A stretch of DNA of 63,892 nucleotides, filler included, from Craspedostauros australis (Eukaryota), in assembly GCA_030167865.1 (NCBI GenBank). It is 12 parts of 12 records of this genome, joined end to end, with 100 filler letters (N's around TTAATTAATTAA, not from the genome) between each part and the next. Parts side by side here need not be neighbours in the genome. Positions count along the whole stretch, not along the records: positions 27,741 to 42,305 come from JALAGF010004533.1; positions 42,406 to 43,932 come from JALAGF010004534.1; 10 more parts are not named here. One strand, 5' to 3'. How positions within the stretch are numbered: the stretch's first letter is position 1; each line of letters starts with the position of its first letter. The position numbers and the translations under genes were made by a program. The notes under the pieces are model-generated. The model made no database searches. It was given only the letters and a program-made list of their open reading frames with translations, and was not told the origin of the DNA. Positions 33,954 through 44,032 of the stretch are shown here, one piece after another.

Positions 33954-35360
33954 TCAAGGCTGGAATCCGCAACACCGATTCCACTGTTCGACCTGCATCC
34001 GGACAGCCTCCACCATGCGATAGGCCGGTGCACACAAGGACGCGTTCCACGAAACACCTTGCGTGCCCAATGATCCCATGCGCTTCGTCTCAGCGACCAT
34101 GTCCGTCCCCAAATAGATGTAAGAATGATTGACGCCGGATGTTGCGGCCAAGGTCCCAAAATACTCCACGACGCCGTACCCGCAAGGAAATACTTCAATC
34201 ACGGAACTGCAGCGTGGCAGGAACGGAAGCGATGTCAGCTGCGCGCCATGCGGGGTAAGCAGGATGTCGATGTTGCTGAATGCTTCCACCTGCTTTTCGA
34301 AGGACGCAGCTTCGAAGAACAAAACGGGTGGTCTGTAGCGCAAATTCAATTCATCCTGCAGCAGAATGGATATGTTATGCGCGCCAAACAGCTCCCGGCG
34401 TTTCTTGCGATTGAATATCACGATGCGCGGCAGCTCCATCCGGTTGCTTCCCTTGTCACCTGCTTCCATCTGGTGATTGGTAACGCCGCAGGACTGGTCG
34501 ATGTATCGATCCAGTCCCAGCGCCGTCAACGTGCTGCGCCTCAGGTTGGCCATGTCGTCGTGACGAATCGCTTTGAAATTCCAGGTCTGACGAGCAAAGA
34601 CGATGAGAAGCTCGGGTTTATCGAATTGGTGCCCAAGCTTGAAGTTGTGCGTTCTTTTGGCAACAATGGAGACGTTGCTTTCCTGCAATACCTTCATCAT
34701 GCCTTTGCTAAAATCGGAGAATTTTACGATCTTAAAGTACATCTTGGGTCGGATCAGGAGGACGTGCTCCGCATTTGGAAAATGACGCCACAACGACCAG
34801 CATCGGTAGATGACCTCCATTTGGTGTGGGAAATCGTTGACGTGGTAGTATTCTGTCAAGGTGCATGCGACCGTCTTGATTTGGTCAAAGGTCGAACCGT
34901 CGCCTCCAATCAACATGTTGGTGTCAGCAGATTCGACCGAACGAATACCTCCACGCGTTGCCGTTGCATCATCAGGACCCCAACTCGCGTTGAGATCGCC
35001 GTAGTAGCTCGTGAATATGTCTTCCTTCTCGCTGAAGCTTGGATAGCTGGTGATGTGGAAGCTATGCGGTATCGAGGTGTTCAGAATGTTGCAATTATTT
35101 GGCGGCGATCGATCGGTTGGCCACTGCAACATGAACGACGGGAAGTTGGTGATATTGCCATTCCACCAACGTGTTGTTCCATCTGCGAGAAGAGTGGGAG
35201 GGTTGATACCGCCCATCGCATCATCGACGGGTTGGGAGGACGTCCGCAGAGTCAGAGGCAATCTCCAATTCATCAAGGCCAGCATCATCGCGATGATCAT
35301 GAGCGTGCGGTAGGCGTTCATGCCCTGCATAATGGAGGCCCTGCCGCTGGCTGGTGCCAT
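33954..35360 (-). CDS. Glycosyltransferase family 61, copy 3
   Basis: NDFPHQME, IVIFNRK, SFEKQV, PHGAQLT; TM TLMIIAMMLAL. Probable ATG at 35360. Confidence 0.9.
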   Translation of the reverse strand: MAPASGRASIMQGMNAYRTLMIIAMMLALMNWRLPLTLRTSSQPVDDAMGGINPPTLLADGTTRWWNGNITNFPSFMLQWPTDRSPPNNCNILNTSIPHSFHITSYPSFSEKEDIFTSYYGDLNASWGPDDATATRGGIRSVESADTNMLIGGDGSTFDQIKTVACTLTEYYHVNDFPHQMEVIYRCWSLWRHFPNAEHVLLIRPKMYFKIVKFSDFSKGMMKVLQESNVSIVAKRTHNFKLGHQFDKPELLIVFARQTWNFKAIRHDDMANLRRSTLTALGLDRYIDQSCGVTNHQMEAGDKGSNRMELPRIVIFNRKKRRELFGAHNISILLQDELNLRYRPPVLFFEAASFEKQVEAFSNIDILLTPHGAQLTSLPFLPRCSSVIEVFPCGYGVVEYFGTLAATSGVNHSYIYLGTDMVAETKRMGSLGTQGVSWNASLCAPAYRMVEAVRMQVEQWNRCCGFQP

Positions 35361-36065
35361 CCTGTCTGACTGTTGGTTGGTTGCTTGGTTGGTTGTGGAT
35401 AATCTGACGGTGTCGACAACGTTGATGGTCTTGTGTTCGGTAGCGATGGTGCTCGCAGAGACAAGGACCCGCTTGCCCTTCGTGGCGCAGCTCGACACTC
35501 CGTCGGCGCAAACGCTGATCCAAAGGTAATTCACTACCTCTACGTCATTCTTGGTCGTTGGGGATGCAACTCAGACGACGATTGCGAATGATTCGTCCAT
35601 TGATGATGTATGGTAGCATACTATCTACACAGGAATGTGATGATGCTCCTTTCACAAGCAATGATCCTCGTGGACCAACACCCACATCAACCGATGAGGC
35701 AGATCGGCGCGAGAGGTGGTGATCGAGAGACGAAATGAAACGTCTTGGAGTCGGACCAATCGGCTTCCGAGAGAACCGCACACGGTTGATTCACTGGACC
35801 AACCATAATTCTATCCACGACTCGGTCATTTCACTTCAAGAACATCAACCCAAATCGCATCGATGACCACACTTTGCAGACGGAAGTGGAAGAATGTGCG
35901 GCGAGACATCCAACACGCCCACCACAGAGAACGCAGAGCACAGCTCCCACCGACATCAACATCAGCCAAGGACCATGGATCAGCCACCTCCTGTTCTCCT
36001 TCCCCTGTGGTCAACTGAGAGTCTGTTGAATACGAGCCGTCCTGCAGCGTCCGAGCACAACCAGA

Positions 36066-38246
36066 ATGGCAAGCCCTTTGGAGATCACAAACATCGATGA
36101 GCTCGAACGGCGGCCTCTGACCAAGGCTGGCAAAAGACGTGAGTTGGGCACCAACCGCCGGGTTCTGTCAGATCGATGGCAGCTTCCGAGCTTCAGCTTC
36201 AGCAATGGCGTTGCCAATGGCAACGGAAGCCGGAGAGATCACAACGGTATGAACGGCAACAGCAACAGCAACAGTTCGAGTACCGGCAATAGCAACTACT
36301 TCGTCTACGTCCTTTTGCTCGTGTCCGTGCTCTGCAACTTCCTGCTGCTCGCGGATGAAGTCTTCGACGACAGCGATCCGGTGGGCGTCGTTCGCAAATC
36401 GACGCATCATGAGCAGCACGCGGTGTCCATGTGCGCAGCGCTGCCGTCGCTTTCCTCCATGGATGCCTGGAACACCAATGTCATGGCCATCCATCAGGCA
36501 GCAGCCAAGGGATCCGCGTATCACGATCTCATGGCGGAGATCCTGCAGCTCCTATCTCCACGCATGCTCAATTCTGTCAAGGCCGTGCCGCGCGATTGGA
36601 CGCAGGTCTCCCGAATCGTCGACAAGGCGTGGAAGCGGTACCAGTACCTCATGGAACATCCTCCGCCGAACCCCGGCGCCAAATCACATCATGTTTCACC
36701 CAACGCTCCGCCGCCCGTGCAGATCGTCGTCATGGGTGGTATCGTGCCCTTCGGTACCACTTGCAAAGACGACAAGTTCAACACCGGCAGCTGCGCGTGG
36801 CCCACGCGGATGGAACGTCTCATCAACAACTTCTTCCTCGCCAAATTCAACCTGTCCACCATTATCAAAGGCCATGGCATCGTCACAGTGACCAACGTCG
36901 CGGTGGCAGCCACCAATTCAGGCGTTGGTGCGACGGTGCTGAACCATGACGTCCTCAGCGAGGAGACCGACCGCGCCGACATCATCATCAACGCCTACTC
37001 CACCGATGACGACAACGACAGCTTCAAGGAAGCGCTGGAGGTCATTCAGAAGTTTTACAGGGCCGCGCTGCAACCCCATCCCTGCAAGGGCATGCCATCC
37101 CCACCCCTCATGCTGCACGTCAACGATGCCTTCGGCGATGGTGAATCGCCCCTCCTCAAGTCGACCGTGGTCGCGCAGGTCGCTGACGTGCTCAGCAGCT
37201 ACTATGGATTCGCATCCATCTCGTACGTCGATGTCGTGCGAGACTGGGTGTACGGCGATCAATCGGAGCAATGGTTCTCTTCCGAAGAGCATCGCCAAGA
37301 GCCGGGCCATGGCATGCACATCTCCATGGGCTTCATCATGGCATTCAATCTCCTCAACCTTGTCACGTCTTATTGCACGGTCCAGCCGTGGCATGTTCTG
37401 AAGACGGATCCGTCGCCTTTGACGGACTATGATCCCACCAAACCTCAGTTGTTAGACAGCAATCGCAAACGGTTCGGCATGTACGGTGGTGGTGGTGGTG
37501 GCGGTGGTGGGGACAGTGATGATCCGACGAACGCTTCCACTCGACAGCAGCAGCAAGGGCAAGTCAAGCGCATGCCCGATCTGCAAGGCACTGCAGACGA
37601 GTACCTGTCGGGAAAACCGCATTCACCTCCCAAGCACATTCTACCAGTCTTCAAACCAGATATCACTCTGTTTGACATTCAGAAAGGCTGGAAGGCCTCA
37701 ACCCGACTGAAGAGCCTTCACGATCAATGCCAGACCGACTCCAACGGCAATCCCGTCCCCAACTACAAGCAATGCCCATTCTCCTGGATCAGCGATCATG
37801 GTACGAGAGGCAAACAGTGGTTCCACAAAAGCCTCAACACTCTCGCAACCGAAAACAATCAGTGGCGGTTGACTGAACCGCATATGGAAAAGCCAGGCTT
37901 CTTACCACCTGAGAAGCGGGCCATAAATTCGATGCTGGAAATTGTCTTCGCTGACAAGGACATCGACCACCGCATCGCCGAACTGTCGACCGTCACATTC
38001 TTCTATCGTCAACATCCGGGATGGCAGGACGTGACCGCGACGATGGAAGTCTTGTCCATGGGTCCGCAGCAGCGATGGCAACGTTTGGGGATCGCGGAGA
38101 ACGTAACGGGGTATCATGATCACGACGAGATGAACACGCAGACCGTGGCGCTAAGCAATGCGTTCGTGCGTGACAGGTTGATGATGAGAGTGACGTTGAC
38201 GAGCGGGAAGCATTTTAAGATCATGGGAATCGCCATGTGCGCGTGA
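36066..38246 (+). CDS. Type II membrane SGNH/GDSL-fold protein with degenerate catalytic motifs, 726 aa
   Basis: TM FVYVLLLVSVLCNFLLL; block I IVVMGGIVPFG; AWPTRME; block II NVAVAATNS; block III DIIINAYSTDD; block V EPGHGMH. Confidence 0.75.
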   Translation: MASPLEITNIDELERRPLTKAGKRRELGTNRRVLSDRWQLPSFSFSNGVANGNGSRRDHNGMNGNSNSNSSSTGNSNYFVYVLLLVSVLCNFLLLADEVFDDSDPVGVVRKSTHHEQHAVSMCAALPSLSSMDAWNTNVMAIHQAAAKGSAYHDLMAEILQLLSPRMLNSVKAVPRDWTQVSRIVDKAWKRYQYLMEHPPPNPGAKSHHVSPNAPPPVQIVVMGGIVPFGTTCKDDKFNTGSCAWPTRMERLINNFFLAKFNLSTIIKGHGIVTVTNVAVAATNSGVGATVLNHDVLSEETDRADIIINAYSTDDDNDSFKEALEVIQKFYRAALQPHPCKGMPSPPLMLHVNDAFGDGESPLLKSTVVAQVADVLSSYYGFASISYVDVVRDWVYGDQSEQWFSSEEHRQEPGHGMHISMGFIMAFNLLNLVTSYCTVQPWHVLKTDPSPLTDYDPTKPQLLDSNRKRFGMYGGGGGGGGGDSDDPTNASTRQQQQGQVKRMPDLQGTADEYLSGKPHSPPKHILPVFKPDITLFDIQKGWKASTRLKSLHDQCQTDSNGNPVPNYKQCPFSWISDHGTRGKQWFHKSLNTLATENNQWRLTEPHMEKPGFLPPEKRAINSMLEIVFADKDIDHRIAELSTVTFFYRQHPGWQDVTATMEVLSMGPQQRWQRLGIAENVTGYHDHDEMNTQTVALSNAFVRDRLMMRVTLTSGKHFKIMGIAMCA

Positions 38247-38442
38247 TTGTCGCATGCTGTTGCCATCCACTTGATCACAATAGGATAGAACAGAGCATGA
38301 AAGAGTATCATGCAGTAGTAGCGAACCAGAGAGCTGTCCTTATTCCATCGTACGAGTATGGAAAGTCGTATGCACTCTCCAGCTTCAAGGGAGGAGTATT
38401 GGATTGCATTATTGAGAATCTCTCTCTCTCTCTCTCTGTCCA

Positions 38443-40052
38443 TCAATTGGATGGAAGAAATACAGCCGCAAGCGCAATCACCGTTAGCAGCGGCGCGGCA
38501 ACAGTATCCCATGCTTGCGTCGTGCGTTGACTGCCATCGTGCACCACCTTATTGATCCCCGCCAACTTGCTCTCCCGGCTGTACCAAACTGCGCCCACTC
38601 CAATAACTGTCAATCGCAGAACTGTCGTGGCGTTCATGCCTTCGCGGAACCAGACCATCGCCAGCAGCACCGCAAAGACCCGTTTGGCCGCGTTCCACAA
38701 CGAATGCGTCAATGCTGATACGAAGCCCAACGTGATCATGGAGAACACATTGTACAATGGATGGTACACCGCCAATTCCAACGTGACATGCTGCGTGCTG
38801 AGTATGTCGGCATGCTGGGTGGAACCATCGGATAGAATTGGAAGTATCGACAAAGTGAGGTACTGGATGAGAGTGAACATGGCAACCTCCATTCCCGAGT
38901 AGTAACTCATCTGAGTGAATTGGATCAGCGCTCTTTCCAGTTTGGTGAAGTCCTTCATGGTGTTGTCGCTTTGTCCGTGCTTGCGTTGCAGAACGTTACG
39001 GGAGCTCAAAGTGAAGCCCGAAATGATGGCATAGACGATGGCGGCCGTTGCGATGGGCTCCGACTGTTGCTGCAGGAGAGACATGGATGCACCAACGACG
39101 ATAGACATGCTGCACACGACGCCCGTACTGCACGTGACTTCGGAGAACAGGAAGAAGGACAAGATCAGCGTTTCGAATGGTTCCAATAGCTTGAGGACTT
39201 GGACTGGTTTTGTTGATGGCATTGGATGGATTGTTGGCAATCGAAGGTTGTAGATGTGAGACATGACAGACAGAGAGATGGTGTTGTTTGAGAATGATAT
39301 CACCACGATCATGGGAATGGATTGCGCACTGCACTGCACTGCACTGCACTGCACTGTACCGCACTGCATTGCTCTCCAGATGGTCCAGATCAACACTTAC
39401 TTATTGACGCCTTCCCGTACATGTAGCCCAAGTTGGTTGACAGATTCCCGAATCCATGCACCAACGACAGCGGCAGCGAATGCGTGGCCGTGATATTCTG
39501 CCAAGTAATGTTGCGATTGATGCAGTAGAGCAGCAGCCGTCCCATCCCTACTCCCGTCAACAGTTGCACACACGTGATGAAGCTGGCATTGGACCAGATT
39601 AGCAACACGTGCGTGATGGAATGATCGAAGTGATAGGAGTACGATTGCATGACGATGCCGTTCATGGCGTTGGTGATGTACCAAAGCAGGACGATGATGA
39701 TCTGGAAGATGTATTTGGAAGAATGCAGCAGTTGGATCAGCAGTTGGTTGGTCCATGCTTTCTTGGGAATGGGATAGTCTTTGCTCGTCATCAGTGCTGC
39801 TGCCATGCCCATCGCTTCTGCTGCTGGCACTGCTGCCAGCGGTGGTGGTGGTGACGATGATGATGGCAAGGATGACCCCAGCGGCGATGAGGACATAGAT
39901 GTCGATGCAGCTGTCGATGTTGAGGACAGAGATGGTGGATTGATCATCTGTCGTGCCGAATGACCCGTGGCATCATGAGACGATGATAGAACGCCATCTT
40001 CCATTTTGGAAGCGACGGTCCTCGAGGTGGGTCCGCTCATGGGTGGAGCCAT
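38443..40052 (-). CDS. Triose-phosphate/nucleotide-sugar transporter family (TPT/SLC35E-like, DMT superfamily); exons 40052-39401 and 39203-38443
   Basis: LWYITN, HGFGNLSTNLG. Removing intron 39400-39204 (GTAAGT...CAG) restores ASI|IQVLKLLEPFET. Also SSRNVLQRK and SALTHSLWNAAKRV. Confidence 0.85.
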
Positions 40053-40710
40053 GTCGACAAATACTTGCACTAGCCCTTGCACTTGCAATTGCAATTGTAC
40101 TCTCAATGTATTCTACAATACTCTGTGAGCACCTGTCTCCACGAGTGTCGCAGGTTTATGAATGGGTGCAGAGCAGCACAGCTCAGAGCAGATCGGAGAG
40201 CAATCACAGGTCATGGGCAGAGTGGAGTAAGTGTGTGTTCTGGCATCGTTGGATGCTGGTCACAACAACGACACCGAAGGTATCCATTCGAACGCTGCTG
40301 ATCCAATCGCCACCAACATTTTGTGTTCAATCGTGGATCCGAGCGAAGGTCAGACCTTGTGCATGAGTCTTCGAGCAACACATCAATCCGCTCACAAACT
40401 TCGCGATGACGCGTTCGTGGAACTGAGAGGATTCCGCTGTCAGACCACGCACTTTTCGCTTTCTGTGGTTCTCCCTCCAACCAACCGGCAGATGAGAAAG
40501 ACCGGCATTCACACAAGAACAACGTGCGAGTACAACAATGGCACGAGACTACTGACACCATCTCCACCATTCCTGGCAGACATTATGGCTCGTACACCAG
40601 ACATCATAGCCACACAACCAGAAAGGTGTCAGCAAAGATAGGAAGACCAACAGCAACCGCAACAGCAACCGCAACAGCAACCGCAACAGCAAAGAGAGCA
40701 GGAAACAACG

Positions 40711-42305
40711 ATGTCCTCCGAAACGACTCCATTGTACAAGGCACTTCCAACACACTATGACTCCACTCCCAATGATGGCATCGGTGGAAGCTCCGGCAAG
40801 TATGTCAAGAACGACACATACCGCAGCAACGGAATCACCAGCATCACTGCGATGAGCAGCAGAGCTGAGAGCGATGTCATGGAGATCGATATTGATGACG
40901 CCATCGGCATGATCGGAATGGGACGATTCCAGTTCGAGGTTTTGGTCTCGGCAGGCCTCTGTTTCGCATCGGATGCCATCGAGATCATGCTGCTGTCATT
41001 CCTCACCGTCGTGCTCACCGCTGAGTGGAATCTCACCGAACGAGAGATGGACACTGTCGTATCCGTCGTATTCGCCGGTGCGATGATGGGGACTTTCGTT
41101 CTCGGAACCCTGGCAGATCGCATTGGTCGGAGGCCGGTGTGCTTGGTGACTGCCGTCATCGTGTCCGCCTTTGGCGTCCTCTCGGCTTTCGTCAACGATA
41201 TTGGATGGTTCTACGTCGCTCGCTTCATGGTCGGCTTCGGGACAGGCGGAGGAACGGTGCCATTCGATATCTTCGCAGAATTCATCCCAACAACGAATCG
41301 GGGTATGAATCTGTTGTACATTGAGCTATTCTGGGCATTGGGATCCTTGCTGACACCGCTGATCGCCATGTGGACCCTCGGAGATAGTGAAGCTGATGGA
41401 GGCTCATGGAGATTGATGGTCATCTGCTGTGCCGTTCCCTGTGTGGTATCGATGATTCTGGGATATTGGTTCGTGCCGGAATCACCGCGCTGGCTTCTGA
41501 CCCAGGGCCGACATGAAGAAGCCTTGGTCGTGTTGAGGCATGCGGCCGACAAGAACGGGAAGGATGGGAGGANGATGTTCCCCGACGATGTCGTGATCAC
41601 GCACGACGAAGAAGAGTCAACTGATGACGACTCTTGTTTGAAGCTGCTGTCACCCAAGTGGTTCAAGTTCACCATGCAGCTCTTTGCCTTGTGGATCGGA
41701 TCGTCCTTCCTTTACTATGGTGGTATCCTGTTGGTCGCCATGGAATTCTCGAACGCTCGCGAGACCCTTCAAAGCGGCAATGCGTCTGCCCTTGATGGCA
41801 GCGCTGACGATTCATATGGCTTTGACTACAACGCCATCTTCATCAGCGGATCCGCTGAAGTCTTCGGGGTATTCGCTGCCATGTCCACCATCGACAAATT
41901 GGGAAGGGTGGCAACCCAGTCCTCAGCTTTCATCCTGGGCAGCATTGCGTGCGTGCTGTTGGCCGTCATGAGCGAATCCATGTCGAAGGCTGGGATGGTG
42001 ACGCTGGCCTTCCTCGTGAGATTCTTCATGCTGGCCGGGAACTGCTCGACCTGGGTGTTCACACCGGAGCTGCTACCGACGGATATCCGAGCGACAGGGA
42101 CTAGCGCCGCCAATGCCGCTGGTCGCGTGGGTGCATCCGTCGTTCCGTACTTCGTCACGCCGGGTATGGCGCCATCCAGCATCGGCATGGTCATGATGGG
42201 CATGAGCGTGTTCACATGCTTCGTGTGTGCACTGCTGCCGGAGACTAGTGGCAGAGCATTGGGCGAAGCCACGCATGGAGATGATCGCATGGTGAAGGAT
42301 GGCAG
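40711..42305 (+). CDS. MFS transporter, SV2/SVOP-related (last codons in the gap)
   Basis: IDDAIGMIGMGRFQ, ASDAIEIMLLSFL, GTLADRIGRR, ARFMVGFG, PESPRWL, TPELLPTDIRATG, LPETSGR. Confidence 0.92.
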
Positions 42306-42629
42306 NNNNNNNNNNNNNNNNNNNNNNNNNNNNNNNNNNNNNNNNNNNNTTAATTAATTAANNNNNNNNNNNNNNNNNNNNNNNNNNNNNNNNNNNNNNN
42401 NNNNNCCGTTGTGATAGTGTGGATGCTCTTGCCTCCCTGCTTGGGATCTGTGGGCTACCAGCAGCATGCTCCTCAGCTTCTGGTGGCAACCCTTCTGACA
42501 CTCCTGATACATTCAGTTCCCAAGCTGAAACAAAGTCCATGGGGGCTCATGTCATCCTCAGCTTCTGGTGGTTCAGCTGTAGTCTCCACCGACAATTCAG
42601 ACATTTTGTTCAAGGTTGGCAATGCAATG

Positions 42630-42900
42630 AAGTGCATAGGCTTCCATACCATTTCATATCTTGCTCTGGACATGTGTGTCATGAGTAGATGCGTTGGAAC
42701 AGAGATCGAGGCAGCTCTCCAGTAGTTAATTGTTGCTGGAGCTCAGAAGAATCCCATTTAGTAGTACATGGCAAAGAAGATGTACAGCTCAGGGACAGTG
42801 ATGGCAGTTGCCATCAATTTGGTGTTGCAATGATGGCTGTTGGTGTAGAATTGGATCTTCTCCAGTAGTGAAACTGGAAAGAAGATTACCAGGATAGTGT
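42630..42900 (-). pseudogene. Degenerate piggyBac transposase fragment
   Basis: IFFPVSLLEKIQFYTN...ITVPELYIFFAMYY*MGFF*APATINYW...MSRARYEMVWKPMHF: piggyBac N-terminal core motifs with two in-frame stops. Confidence 0.75.
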
Positions 42901-44032
42901 CATTGTTCATTTCCACATTGTGGATGGGCTGGACGTGCAGTTGTGTGCACTCACAGGTAGTGGCACATACTGAAGTGCTGGCTTTGTCTCATGTTGATGT
43001 TGTATGTGGTTCCCTGGATGATGTTGAGATGCAGATCCAGCCCCTTGGGGAGCAGATGCAGCAGATGATTGTCATCTGCGCTTCTATCAATGGTTGATTG
43101 CAACAGAGATGGGCTGGCAAACTTGGTTGGGCTGCTTGCTGATGCTTGATCCANNNNNNNNNNNNNNNNNNNNNNNNNNNNNNNNNNNNNNNNNNNNNNN
43201 NNNNNNNNNNNNNNNNNNNNNNNNNNNNNNNNNNNNNNNNNNNNNNNNNNNNNNNNNNNNNNNNNNNNNNNNNNNNNNNNNNNNNNNNNNNNNNNNNNNN
43301 NNNNCTGTGCATTGTTGGCTCATGGAATTGGTGTGGTCAGATGGAGAAGTCTGCTGGGGTAGATTTGATGAGCTGTTGTAGGAAGACCACACATCCCTGT
43401 TGACACTACCTCATGGATTGGTGGGCTGTTGGGTGGACCACTCTCGAAGAAATCACAGTAGGTGGGCATTGGTGGCAGATGTGCTGTTTGATCTTTGCTG
43501 TCATTGTTCATTGGAGACATGAGAGACTCGTGGACGAATACAACGTATGGGTGACCGATGGCATATGCAAGCATGCTCTCTGCTTGGAATTGTGGAGGAT
43601 TGGAAGCAGGATGCAATTCGGGTGTTGCTGTTGCTTCCTTGTGGGGGCTGGAAGATTGAGGGTGCAGTGGTGGCTTGGGTGTGTGTTTTNNNNNNNNNNN
43701 NNNNNNNNNNNNNNNNNNNNNNNNNNNNNNNNNNNNNNNNNNNTGTGAGTGCGATGAAATTGTGAGCTCCATGATTGTTTGAGTTTGCGGAAGGTGCGAT
43801 GTTGCAAAGCCAAGACAAAATGAAGATGAACATCACAAGTGATGATGCTGCCACACCCATGCATGCTTGAAGGAAGGAGGTGATAAAGATGTAAAGGACA
43901 CAAGAGGAGATGACAACCTTGGAAGAGGAAAGNNNNNNNNNNNNNNNNNNNNNNNNNNNNNNNNNNNNNNNNNNNNTTAATTAATTAANNNNNNNNNNNN
44001 NNNNNNNNNNNNNNNNNNNNNNNNNNNNNNNN

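Noticed and set aside
34125..35369. 414-aa antisense ORF over GT61 copy 3 (and similar shadow ORFs over STAND, pol and gag)
   Set aside because: These are antisense shadows expected from codon bias. They have no motifs and are not preserved in the paralogs.
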